Shown here: positions 46,385-59,400 of the stretch, one piece after another
Layout: every line of letters begins with the position of its first letter
Numbering within the stretch: the first letter of the stretch is position 1
Source: Zygnema circumcarinatum SAG 698-1b
Taxonomy: Eukaryota; Plantae; Zygnematophyceae
DNA length: 64,000 nt
Assembly (NCBI GenBank): GCA_037447605.1
Contig: CM074804.1
Location: 3,883,909-3,947,908, forward strand
Direction: 5' to 3'
Translations under genes and position numbers: made by a program
Notes under the pieces: model-generated
Seen by the model: the letters and a program-made list of their open reading frames with translations, nothing else
The model's database searches: none
Told to the model about the DNA's origin: nothing

Positions 46385-46783
46385 GCCTCGTTATTCCCGA
46401 CCCCTCATCGCCCCGGGGCGGTGGAGCTGCCTGTCTCCCTGCCAGTTTCCCCCCCCCCCCTACAGCAGACCAGTGAAGTACCGGCAGCCCAGTCGGCAAG
46501 CATGCGCATGGCATGGCATGGCATGGCATAATGGCATGGCCATGGCCACCGCCGCGGGCTATAATTAGGGCTCCCTAACCTTCCCACACGCAATGATTCC
46601 AAGCGTCAAGTCAACCACTTACTGTACTGTCGCCTGATACCGTACCGTACGGCCGCCACTTGACCAGGGGGGGCGGCGGAAGGTACCGTACGGCAATAAA
46701 AGCGGCAACTTCCGTACCCTAAATGTAAAAGTTGTCGAAAAGTCAACTTCGTCCCACAGGCGTCGCCTTCCCTTAGCCCCAAC

Positions 46784-47160
46784 TAGGGATGGCCCGCGTT
46801 ATAAATTCCGAATATATTATATAATTTACAACGGGTTTAAAATTAGTAATATATTACAAAGTAAAACACTTTATTACATATATTATACCCATTCGCTTTG
46901 AACAATTAACGACCGTACGACCGTACGAGTACGGTCGTACCATACCAAAATTAGGTCGTTTTGGCGTTGGCGTTGCGAAATGCGTTCGCCTGGTTTTCTC
47001 TGTCTGCTCGTGCTCGGGCCGCATAATACCGTACAGTCGTACGACCTTACGACCGTACATGTTGGAAAGGCGTTGTAAATTAATATATATCAGCCGTTAT
47101 CTATCCGTCACAGTTGTATAATATAATATATAATATATAATCGTAACTAATCCATCCCTA
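46784..47160. mobile_element. Non-autonomous hAT (Ac/Ds-like) MITE, 377 bp, with 8-bp TSD
   Basis: GCCCCAAC (46776-46783) | TAGGGATGG ... CCATCCCTA | GCCCCAAC (47161-47168). The TIR matches the start of the maize Ac/Ds TIR (TAGGGATG). Internal inverted AT-rich and CGACCGTA subterminal repeats. Confidence 0.88.
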
Positions 47161-47171
47161 GCCCCAACGAG

Positions 47172-47362
47172 ACCCAAACCCCTTAACCCTACACGTCCTA
47201 AACCCTAAACCCTAACCCTAACCCTAGACTTCCTCGCCGTACACCCTAACCCAAACCCAAACCCCTAAGCGTAACCCCTAACCCTAGACGTCCTAAACCC
47301 TAAACGCTAAGCCTAATCCCTTCACGTTAGACGTCCTTGCCCTAAACCCTAACCCTAACCCA
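47172..47362 (-). repeat. Cluster of telo-box/telomere-like repeats (CCCTAAA, CCCTAA) upstream of the LIG4 ATG
   Basis: Multiple aaaccctaaaccctaaccctaaccctag units. Confidence 0.85.
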
Positions 47363-47410
47363 AGACGTTTAGGCCTGAAGGCACCCAGGTGCAGCCCTTT
47401 TCATGCGGGC

Positions 47411-50400
47411 ATGGACGCGCGCGTCCGGTTCTCCCTGCTGGTTGACATGCTTGAGGCCATGACGGCGGCCAGCAAGGCGGCTATGCGGCGGAAGCGGCTG
47501 CGCACCTTCCTGGACAGAGTGTACAGCGGCTCCGAGGGGGAGGAGCGCAACCTGTTCGGTGTTCTGCGACTGATTCTGCCACAGCTGGACAGGGAACGTG
47601 GCAGCTACGGGCTGAAGGAGGCGGCGCTGGCCAGAGCCTTTGTGGAGGCGCTGGGCCTCGCCCGGACGGCGCCGGATGCGCGGAAGCTTCTCGACTGGCG
47701 CAAGGGCGGGCTCGCCGCGGGGAGACACGCGGGAAACTTTGCTTTAGTGCTCGCCGAGGTGGGCTCAGAAACAGTGTTCAGTGTTCAGGGTTCAGGGATC
47801 AGGGATCAGGGATCAGGGTTCAGGGATCAGGGATCAGGGTTCAGGGTTCAGGGTTCAGGGTTAGGGTTCAGGGTTAGGGTTCAGAGTTCAGGGTTCAGGG
47901 TTCAGGGATCGGGGTTCAGGGTTCAGGGTTCAGGGTTCAGGGTTAGGGTTCAGGGTTCAGGCTCGGCGTTTAGGGTTCAGGGTTCGGGGTCCGGGGTTTA
48001 GGGTTTAGGGTTCAGGGTTCAGAGTTCGGGGTCCGGGGTTTAGGGTTCGGGGTCCGGGGTTTAGGGTTTAGGGTTCAGGGTTCAGAGTTCGGGGTCCGGG
48101 GTTTAGGGTTCAGGGTTCAGGGTTCAGGATTCAGGCTGCAGGGTTCAGGGGTAGAGTTCAGGGGTAAGGGTTCAGGGTTCACGGTTCAGAGTTCAGGGTT
48201 CAGGGTTCGTTTCGGGGTTTAGGGCTCAGGGTTCAGGGTTCAGGGTTAGGGTTCAGGGTTCAGGCTCGAGGTTCAGGGTTCAGGGTTCGGAGTTTAGGGT
48301 TTAAGGTTCAGGGTTCAGGATTCAGGGTTCAGGGTTTAGGGTTCAGGGTTTAGGGTTCAGGGTTAGAGTTCAGGGGTTCAGGGTTCAGGGTTCAGGGTTC
48401 AGGGTTCAGGATTCAGGGCTCAGGGGGTTCAGGGTTCAGGGTTCAGGGTTCAGGGTTCAGGGTTCAGGGTTCAGGGTTCAGGGTTCAGGGTTCAGGGTTC
48501 AGGGTTCAGGGTTCAGGGTTCAGGGTTCAGGGTTCAGGGTTCAGGGTTCAGGGTTCAGGGTTCAGGGTTCAGGGCTCAGGGCTCAGGGCTCAGGGCTCAG
48601 GGCTCAGGGCTCAGGGTTCAGGGTTCAGGGTTCAGGGTTCAGGGTTCAGGGTTCAGGGTTCAGGGTTCAGGGTTCAGGGTTCAGGGTTCAGGGTTCAGGG
48701 TTCAGGGTTCAGGGTTCAGGGTTCAGGGTTCAGGGTTCAGGGTTCAGGGTTCGGGGTTCGGGGTTCGGGGTTCAGGGTTCAGGGTTCAGGATTCAGGGTT
48801 GGGGTTCAGGGTTCAGGGTTTAGGGTTCAGGGTTCAGGGTTCAGGGTTCAGGGTTTAGGGTTTAGGGTTTAGGGTTCAGGGTTCAGGGTTCAGGGTTCAG
48901 GGTTCAGGGTTCAGGGTTCGGGGTTCGGGGTTCGGGGTTCGGGGTTCGGGGTTCGGGGTTCGGGGTTCGGGGTTCGGGGTTCGGGGTTCGGGGTTCGGGG
49001 TTCAGGGTTCAGGGTTCAGGATTCAGGGTTTGGGTTCAGGATTTAGGGTTCAGGGTGCAGGGTCAGGGTTCAGGGTTAGGGTTCAGGGTTCAGGGTTTAG
49101 GGTTAGGGTTCAGTGTTCAGAGTTTAGGGTTTCGGGTTCAGGGCTCGGGATTCTGGGTTCAGGGTTCAGGGTTCAGGGTTTAGGGTTTAGGGTTTAGGGT
49201 TCAGGGTTCAGGGTTCGGGGTTCGGGGTTCGGGGTTCGGGGTTCAGGGTTCAGGGTTCAGGATTCAGGGTTTGGGCTCAGGATTTAGGGTTCAGGGTTTA
49301 GGGTTTAGGGTTCAGGGTGTAGGGTGCAGGGTTCAGGGTTTCGGGTTCAGGGCTCGGGATTCAGGGTTCAGGGTTCAGGTTTCAGGGTTCGGGGTTCGGG
49401 GTTCAGGGTTCAGGGTTTAGAGTTTAGGGTTCAGGGTTCAGGGTTCGGGGTTCAGGGTTCAGGGTTCAGGGTTCAGGGTTCAGGGTTCAGGGTTCAGGGT
49501 TCAGGGTTCAGGGTTCAGGGTTCAGGGTTCAGGGTTCAGGGTTCAGGGTTCAGGGTTCAGGGTTCAGGGCTCAGGGTTCAGGGTTCAGGGTTCAGGGTTC
49601 AGGGTTCAGGGTTCAGGGTTCAGGGTTCAGGGTTCAGGGTTCAGGGTTCAGGGCTCAGGGTTCAGGGCTCAGGGCTCAGGGTTCAGGGTTCAGGGTTCAG
49701 GGTTCGGGGTTCAGGGTTCGGGGTTCAGGGGGGTTCAGGGGGGTTCAGGGTTCAGGGTTCGGGGTTCAGGGTTCAGGGTTCAGGGTTCAGGGTTCAGGGT
49801 TCAGGGTTCAGGGTTCAGGGTTCAGGGTTCAGGGTTCAGGGTTCAGGGTTCAGGGTTCAGGGTTCAGGGTTCAGGGTTCAGGGTTCAGGGCTCAGGGTTC
49901 AGGGCTCAGGGTTCAGGGCTCAGGGTTCAGGGCTCAGGGCTCAGGGCTCGTGGTTCAGGGTTCAGGGTTCAGGGTTCAGGGCTCAGGGTTCAGGGCTCAG
50001 GGCTCAGGGCTCGTGGTTCAGGGTTGAGGGTTCGGGGTTCAGGGTTCAGGGTGGTTCAGGTTTCAGGGTTCAGGTCCCCACCTCTCTCTTCCCTCCCCCC
50101 CTCCCTCGGCAGGTCCTGCAGGCCCGGCAGAAGGAGCAGACTCGCGGCGTCACCATCGCGGAAGTGAACGCGCTCCTCGACCGCCTCGCGGCCGCCGAGA
50201 CGCGGTCCGTCCTCCCCACAACATAGTCTTCGTGTTTCCTGAACCTCAATTTGCAGCATACGTTTTCCACGTTTTTTAATGAGGTTGCAAGCCAACTTAC
50301 TGGCGCAAATAATGAGAAAATCGACAGACCGTGACATCCCTGAAATCCCAAAAATCTCCAAATTTCTTTTAGGAAAATACCAAAGAGTTCACTCTGCAGA

Positions 50401-53400
50401 GCACCAATCTGCGTTCTCGACTTCCCGCGCGGGGTCCTGTTTTTTGTGTGAAGTCTTGAAAGGAGACGAAATTGCGATCTTGTGCCCGTATCAATAATTG
50501 CCTATTTCTTGTGCGGGGCATATCAGGGAAGGCAAGGTGGCTGTATTATCGGAAATGCTGGGCAAAACTAATGTCAAAGAAATGAAGTGGATCGCTATGA
50601 TCATTTTGAAAGGTGAACACCACTGTTGGCATCCAAAGCATAACGCCCTTTCCTAAGTATATTTGTGCATTAGCTTCATAGGGAGCAACCTCAACCCTAA
50701 ACGCTAAAGAAAAATGCCGAATATATCCCCACCTCCCTCTCCCTTACAACCCATTTTTATTGCTTTGTGCTTTCGGCAGAACTGAAGTTGGGCGTGGGCG
50801 AAAAGTCTGTTCTCGCGGAGTTCCATGCGGACGCGGCGGAGCTGTTCAGTACGAGCTGCGACCTGCGGGCCGTGTGCGCCGCCCTGCTCGACCGCACGCA
50901 GCGCTGCAAGCGCCAGGTGGCACCCAACCCACGGAAACGGAAACTGAAACTGAAACTGAACCAGGATGCTCACATGTGCTCTGCATGGCAGGCGAAACCC
51001 GGGCGTCTCGACTGCTTGAAGAGGCATTTTCGTTGCGTGTTGGGGTGTGTGAGAGAAAGGGAGAGAGAAGGGGGGAGGGGGAAGGGTGGAGATGCCCTTG
51101 ATTTTGCTCCGTCGCTCTGCATTTCACTCTCATTCCTCCGCTCATCACCTATGTCGGCTCTGCCTTCCTCTGTCTCCCACCCACTGCGTCTCTCCCTCGC
51201 TCTCTCTCCCTTCTCTGACCCCTCCCACCTAGTGGAGGCCTCAGGACATAGAGCCGGGGAAAGCGGTACTACCGCAGTTGGCCACTCGCGTGGCTTCTTC
51301 TCAAGCGGCGTGGACGAAGGTCAGGTTCAATGCACCTCGTTTACCCCATTTAGCACCCAACTTCCGAGGCATGTGCCTTCTGCATGTCCTAAAATCTTCG
51401 GAAAACCAAGTTTTGTAAACTTTTGTAGTCTCAGTTTGCGTTGAAAAACTGTCCCTGCTCTGCAGATGAGAGGAAAAGAGGTGGTGGCGGAGGTGAAGTT
51501 TGATGGAGACCGCATTCAGCTCCACAAAAACGGGAAGGAGCTGCACTTCTACTCAAGGTCAGCTGAGCTGGGAGGGTTTCTGAGGGCTGCTGGTTTCAAG
51601 GAGTTTCTTTTGGTTATAGGTTTTATTGTTTGCTAGGCCTGTATGGGACTCAGCTGTTGGAAGTCACTTAACATGTAAAGGTTTTATTGGAATCTGAAGG
51701 TTCCGCCATGTATCTTAAACGAAAGACTGGTTCCAAAAGTTTCTGTTTTTCTTACTTACAGGAATTTCATAGATCATACGGAGTACATGGAAGGGATGTC
51801 AACTATAATACTGGAAAACGTACTCTTAGACAAGTGAGTGGAAGCAGCTTAAACTGCGGCGAAATGGCTGTTTATTTTATTAGAAACCCCGAAAATCCGT
51901 TCCGAAAACTCATTAATATCCTTGAAATTGTTCCAAGTCATTATAGTCTCGGATTAAGGATTTTGTGAACTTTACCATTCTGTGCTTATTTATAATTCCA
52001 TTCACTTCCGCCTCTCGCTTCTCTCTTTTTCTCTTTCTCCCTATTTCTTTGTTTTTCTTTTCCACTTTTCCTTTTTCTCTTTTGCAGATGCATTCTGGAT
52101 GGAGAATTGGGCGCATGGGATAGTAGCACCAATCAGTTTGCAGCTTTCGGCAGCAACCAATCTGCTGGTGGGCTCAAGAAGCAGCCGAAACAGGGTCCAG
52201 AAATTGTTTGGAAGGTCCTCCGGGTTTTGGTGGAGTCAGAGATAATATCTCTCTCCGGAGTGGGGGATGGGTTTGTTGCGTTTTAAAGTATTGAGTAATT
52301 GAGGATCGATTGGAGTTTCTGCTTTTCAGTTTTGTTCTTTCAATAGTAGAAATGAGTAAAATCTCAGTTTTTTTATTTTGTTATTTTCTTGCATGTTTAC
52401 AGCCAAAGCCGCACGGGAGAACATTCAGACAGACAGACAGGTCAGTAAGCTATAGCAAAACTGATTCTGTTGGACTTCAATTCAGTTTGGCTTAGGGTTC
52501 GCTTCAAACGTTAACTGAATTGTCTTTGTATGTGTAACACCAGGCTTCCCCTTGTCTTGTCTTAAGCAAAGCAGTCCTGTGGATTAAAGAACAAGTTTCA
52601 AGCTTTCTGTGTATAGCAGTCTGTGACAAGCCAATTTTCCTTCTTCTCTGTGTTGCAGTTATGCTGTATCCGCTCCACTCCTCTTTTGTATTGAAATGCG
52701 CTGGAACAGATTACATATTAGAATGCATAGAAGAGGACCAAGAAAACATATTCTCTCTCTCTCTCTCTCTCCTCCCCCCTCTCCCCTTCTCGTCCCCTAC
52801 TTCAGCTCTGGCATCTACTGCCTGGTCTATACGCCAGCAACTTCTAGTGTCGGGTCATACATCAAAGTATTCAAAGTTCAAAGTTGAAAACCTTTGTGAC
52901 GGAGGGGTCAGCGTCTGCGAGTCCCATGCTTCCACTGCACATCAGCTGAGGAAACCACCCTCACAAACCTGAACCCTGCAAACCCCAATTCGCAAACCCC
53001 CACATGAGTGCAGCCCCCGGCAGTCCGCGCCTGAGCGAGAGTGCAGCCCGTCCTTGACTCCCCCTCCTGCAGACGCGGCCTTCGACATCCTGTACTGCGC
53101 CGACAGCAGCGTCACCCACCGCCCCCTCAGAGACCGCCACGACCTCCTCCGCCGCGCAGTGCGCCCTGTCAGGGGCCGCCTCGAACTGGTCTGCCCTCAG
53201 ACTGCCCGCCGCCCTGGTCAGGATGCCTCCCTCCCACTCTCGCTCTTACTCGCTCCCTGCCTCTCACTTCCTCTCTCTCTCTCTCGCACACTCTCTCTGC
53301 TACCTTTCCTTCTCGCTCTCGCGTTCTCTCTCGAGTGCACTCTCGCTCTGGCCCCCCACTCTCTCACCTCTCCCCTCTCCCCCCTCCCCCTCGCCCTCTC

Positions 53401-56400
53401 TCCCTCGCTCCCCCGCTCCCCCTCCTCCCAGAAAGTGCTCGCATTGTGTAAGGATACAAGAGGTAGGGGTCAGAGGTGGTGTGAGGTACTCTTTGAGGTC
53501 TGCCGGATGTTGAAGCTGTGAGGGTGGTAGAGCCGTAGAGGAGAGGGGAGGGGAGGGGAGGGGAGGGGAGGGGAGGATGCTGCCGCGCTGGACACGTGCT
53601 CGACTCTCAATGGGGGGGTGTGCTCGAACAGGTGAACCGCTTTGGTCGAAGCCCGTTCACACGGCGGAAGAGCTCGAGCACTTCTTTTTGGAAACGGTGG
53701 AGAATGGGTAAACCCTAAAGACCCGCTCATGCATATCTTCACATGTGACAATTGGGATGGATAGATTTTGGAATCTCTTCTTTTTTCACTTTGTGGTGTT
53801 GTTGTTGCTGATGGGTTACAGCAGGCAGGAGGGCATCATGGTGAAGGATTTGGATTCAAAGTGGGATCCTGGGGACCGTTCTGGGAAATGGCTTAAACTG
53901 AAGCCAGATTATGTTAACATGGAATCCGACCTTGACGTTCTCATCATAGGTCCGCTATCCCAGAACTTGCGCGTTAAACCAGTGAGCTAGGGCTTAGGGT
54001 GTTTTTCAAGTTCAAAGTTCATGGTTTTGTTATGTCTTTCGGGTTCATTAGGATATCCGGATGTGAGAAGGTCATGTGAGGCTCGTAGGTGAGTTTAGTG
54101 AAGTCAAGTCAAGTCAAGGATTGTGGCTAACCGGTGGCTGCTTTGGGTCGTTTCTGGATGCAGGAGGCAAATACGGATCAGGGCGGCGTGGAGGAGAGGT
54201 GGGTGAAACAAGGATCTGCTTAATGGCGTGTGTATATGCTTTTTGCATCTAAAAAAGCTTTCCATGAGGTAGCAGCTGACGTTTTGCATGGGGAGAGGGA
54301 AGGAGAGCAGATTTCACAATTTCTTTTGGGCATTGCGGAAAAACCCAAAAGCGGCGGGTATCCCACTCGGTAAATGCTTCACAGCAGAATGGGAATCCAG
54401 GGATCACATTCGCTCTCTCTCTCCTTGCCATCTCCCACTCCCACTTCACTCGTCTTTCTGCTTTCCTCCCTCCCCCTCCTCTGCTGTCTCTCTGCTCTGA
54501 AAGACGCTCGTCCTATGGGTAGCCTGCCTGACCCCTTCCCCGCTTCTTCTCGTCTGCTTGTCTCTGCCCCTCTCTCTCCCACCTCTTCCCTTTCTCCATT
54601 CCCTCTCTTCTCTCAGCCACTGCTTCTCCCTCAGACCTTTCTCCCGCACTTTTCCCTTCCTCTCCCTCCTCTCTGATTAACTGCCCCGATGGAACTGCAG
54701 GTTCATATCTTTCTGCAACGTCGGAACGGGTCTAACGGATGCGGAAGCCGAGCACCTTCGAAGCCGGTTGAAGCCTTATTTACGGTCTGATTGACAAAAC
54801 ATACCAACCCGACATATTATGTCGATGGAAGCTATTCCCACGCACTATTTTCAGAGAGTTTATAAATAGCTTGTCCACAGATATTTCTAGCGTTGGGGTT
54901 CTAAGGCTCGTGATTTGTCAGGAGTTCAGTTTCTCAAAACCATCATGGTTTCAGGGCTCTTGCAGAAAGTGATCGCCTGAAATTTCACAATAGAAAGGTT
55001 GTTAGGCTTGACTTTGTGATCTGAACGGTAGTGTGTTTCTTTGAGTTTTCAGGGCACTTCGAAACTTGGGTCTCTAGAGTCAGGAAAGGGCCCAAATGAA
55101 GTAATAGTTTTGACTCCTTCCCGCGCTGTGCTGTTTACTTCTAATTTAGGAAGAATGAGAAGGACTTCAAGCCGCCAAGTTTTTACAAACTGACCAACCA
55201 CCACAAGGAACGGCCCGATGTTTGGGTGGAACAGCCGGAACGGTAAGGGCTGCATAGTACCCGTAAACTAGGATTTTTGTCATTAATTTATTTTATTACA
55301 ATAGGGTACGCAACAGAAATGTACGTATAGGAGAAACCCCTGAAACTTGACGTGTTCCATGTGAACGCATTGAAATCATTGATTTCTTGTTTCTTCCACG
55401 GGCCTGACAGTTCAGTGGTCCTTCAAATCAAAAGCGACATCAGGACTATTCGAACAGAGGTAGGTTTTCCAGAGTTTTGGAAGCAGAGGAGATTTAAATT
55501 TGAACGAACTCAATTGAGCAGTTTCTATAGTATGGGGGATTTCTGGGTTTCAAGGGTTTGACTCGAGTTTCGATCACATGCAGGTGTTCGCTGCGCCGTT
55601 TTCGCTCCGCTTTCCGCGAATCGAAAAAATTCGCTATGATAAACCGTGGCATGACTGCCTTGATGATGAAAGTAAGTTCATTTGTATGTCTGCGAGGTTC
55701 TTTGCAAATTTATATCTATTAATTGTTTGAGCTTATGAAAAACCCAGTGTTGCATTCTCCCTGTATTCGTATTTTGTATTTTGTATTTGTATTCCCTGTA
55801 TTCGTGACATTTTGAAAGGAGATGCTGATCCCGTTCCGGCTTCTTGGCATTGCTTTTTCGGAGCAGCTCTTTTGAGGATGGTGGCGGAGAGACAGGGACA
55901 CTCGACGCAGAGAGAGCCGTACGGAGCACTGCAGGAGAGGGAGGGGAAGAGGGAGAGAGGGCGCGGGAAGGGAGGGGGGAGGGAGGCGCTGCTGCCCCCG
56001 CACCTGCAGCCCACCCACGTGGCGCACCTGCAGAGGAGGAGCGACCTGTTTCATGGCCTCGTCTTCTGTATCCTCCTGGAAGGGAGGTGGAGTGGGAGGG
56101 TGACAGAGGGGGAAAGGGTGGGGGATTGGTGAAGCGAGGGGGATCGAGAGAGGGAGAAGAGATGAATGAAAAGAGGGAGGAAGTGGGATGGTGGATATTT
56201 GAAGTAGGGAGAGATTACAAGGGAGGGGAGGGAGAGGAGCGGGAGAACGGGGGGGGGGGGCTTGACGATAGTTGAAAAGGTGCTATTTCTTTTGAAGCGT
56301 TGCGTTTCGGTGGTTTTCTTAAGAGTCCCCTGTATTTTTTTTTTGGGAAAGGAGCTCTGTTTTCTACCTTAACTCCCCTCCCCCCCCTCCTCTTGAAGAT

Positions 56401-59400
56401 TTCGTGAACGCATCCGAGCCCCCTCCGGAGCGGCTGCGAGAGATGGCGGCGGAGAACGGAGGATGCTTTTCCATGAACCTCAGTTCCGAGGTCACGCACT
56501 CCGTCGCTGGCAGCAAGAGGGGTGGGCCGTGCTCCTCCTCTCTCTCTCTCTTCCTTGCGCTCTCTCTCTCCCTCTTTCATTCCCGCTCTCGCTCCCACTC
56601 CCCCTTGGTCTCCCTCATTTACAAGAAAGCCGCCTTCTCCATGCAGGTTTCCGTTACACTGCCGCTGCACAATACGGAGACGTCCTGCACGTAAGCTGGT
56701 TTCTGGATTGCATTCAGCAGCAGACCTTACTGCATCCCAAACCCAGGTCAAAAGCAGAAAACTCATCACCTAATTTGACGAATGTGAAAAGGAACCGACG
56801 AAGCTTCTCAGAAGTGCAGATTCAGTGCTGCCATGGTTCGTCGTCCGTTTCAAATCTACTTCACTGAACAAGTAGTGAAATCTCCAGCGGATTGCCTCAC
56901 TTAGCCCGCTTATGCGTGTCAACAGGTTTTAGGGTGATTACGATTTGACAGTTTACTGCGGGATATTTTAGAGCGCTTTTTGAACAGACAAGTATGAACA
57001 CCAGTTGTGCCTCTCTGCTTTCAGGCACTATATTCATTTATCTCCTGCTACAAAGAAGAGAATGGCGGAGGAAATCGACGAATTTGGCGACAGTTATTTT
57101 GAGGATGTCGAGGTGGATGACGTAATCCAGGTGCTGCTAACGTTTCTTGTTTCACATAAAACGTAGGATTAGTTCCGTGCCACGTGGCAGGAAAGGTGTG
57201 GCTGTTGTAAGGGGCGTGTGTGAAGCCCCACCATTGAATGTTTCTTTTATTGCAGTAGAGCACATCGCATGTCGCTTGCTCATGTTTTCCTTAACTTTGA
57301 TCTTTGTAGTTGTTTGAATTGAAGTTGGTTTGTGGCACAGATCTTCAGCAACATGGATGCTTCGAAACTGAATGTTGACGCCGCTGCCATCACTCGCTAC
57401 AAAGAGAAGTATTGTCCGGGTCGCAAGTGGTGCATTTTTAACGAATGCCGAATCTTCGCTCTGCCACCCATTCACTCAATGTAAGCCAAATGAAACTTTC
57501 AGTCGACCCTGCGATTGTTAAAAAATGGGTACTCAGAGTTTGAGTGCCTTACCGTGACTGGTCAGCACTCTCGGTTCTTCAACTGCAAGCTTTTTTAATT
57601 TTTTTTTCCCGCTGAAGGCTTACCAGTTCACACCAACCCTAACAGACCCCATTCCCCAACCCTAACTTTAACCTTGACCTTAAGAATAACCCTAATCATA
57701 GCAATAACAGTAGTCCTGTTCCTAAAAGTATTTCTAACCCAAGCAGTAAACCTAACCCCAGGAACAACTCTAACTACGACATAGGTCCAAATCCTAACAC
57801 AAACCCTAAGCGTAACCTCAACCCTAAGCATAAGCCTACTTCTAAACAGTCATAATCCCAACAGCGACTTTGATCGTGAAAAAAACCTTATGTCTAATCC
57901 TAACTCAAATGTCACCCTGACAATCCTAGTCATCCTGATCGTGACCTTAAACCCCAACGGTAACCATAACCCTTACAGTAACCCTGCACCTGCCAATAAC
58001 CCAAACCGTGACATTAGCCCTAATCTTAGAATAGTAACCCTACTCTAACAGTGACCCCAACCTTAACAGGAACCCTAGTCTTAATAGGCAACCCTAGCCC
58101 TAACTGCTGCCCGACCCAAACCCTGACTCTAAGCAACCTAGGCAATCCTAATGCTAACAGGATGACAGTGACTCTATCGTAGCAGTAAACCTAACAATGA
58201 CATTAACAATAGCCCTAATCCTATCAGGTGCACGAAGTCTAACAGGTAATTCTAACCCAAATAACCCTTAACCCGAAACCCTAGCGATGATCTTGATCCT
58301 AACAGTAACCGTAATTCTACAGTAATATTAGCGCTAATCCTAATGGTAACCTAATCCTGGCAGTAACCCAAACCCTAACAGTGAAACACTAACCCTGACA
58401 ATAGCCCTAACTTTGATAGTAACTCTAATCCTAATTTTAGCCGTAAGCAAACAGTAACTTCAACTTTTTGTATTCTCCCCACGGATGACAGGCGGCTTGA
58501 CTCTCGTGACCTCGCCGACTGCACAGTGCGACGACTGATGATGGAGGCGGAGATGCACGGAAGCCAAAATGCGGTTTCCATTGATAAGTCGGTGACTCAT
58601 TTTGTGACATATTCTCTCCCTGAAAATCGGGTACCATTTCAGAATATCCTCAGAAGGTCAGAATTCGACCCGTTTTCGCTCTTACCATCCCTCCAGCCAT
58701 ACTTTCGTCTGTCCTCTGTCAGAAGACAAGCTGTTGCCCTTCTCTTTCCGTCTTTCTCTCTGTTGTCCTTCCACTTATGGCGGTATGTGGGGGATTTTTT
58801 CTCTTTGTACAGCGTGGCAGCCCCCCTGCGGGACTTTCTGAGGTCAGAGAAGGTCCGCTTGGTCAGCCATGGCTGGCTAGAAGACTGTGTGAAATCGCAG
58901 AGGCGCATTGAGGAAGATGGCTATGAGTTGAGGTCAGATAGTCCTCTGCCATTACTTCTCCTGCTTTCGCCTCCATCCCTCGCCCTTCCTCTCCGCCCCT
59001 TACCCCCCCAAATACGTCACACGTATGATCTTGTCGTGTTGCAGGCTTCCTTCTGAGATTCAAGCAGTCCCAGAAATACCAAACACGAACATGACCACAA
59101 GTTACGTTGCGCCCGGAGCCATCTTGTCATTGTCAAAACCACCCAAAGATAGAATTCGGAAGAGAAATGTTCAACGGGCTCAACAACAGCTGAAGCCTCC
59201 CTTACACCGGAAGAGGAAAGGGAGCACAAGGGTAGGTTTATCAGAGCACGAGGAGGAGGAAAGATTTGGGGAGCAGATCTGCAACGATTTTTTGGAAAAA
59301 GACGTTTTGAATTGGGTGGGAAGTGATGATGAAAGGGAAGTGAAAAGAGGACGACTCCTCGTTCAAACAACTGGTGAAGAACAGAATCTTGACTCGAAAG

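Noticed and set aside
47783-50074. A real chromosome end or telomere fusion
   Set aside because: The array is flanked on both sides by consecutive in-frame LIG4 exons and has a single orientation.
49324-50226. 300-aa (QGSGFRV)n ORF
   Set aside because: Translation of the 7-bp TTCAGGG repeat within LIG4 intron 1; LIG4 splices across it with canonical GT-AG sites.
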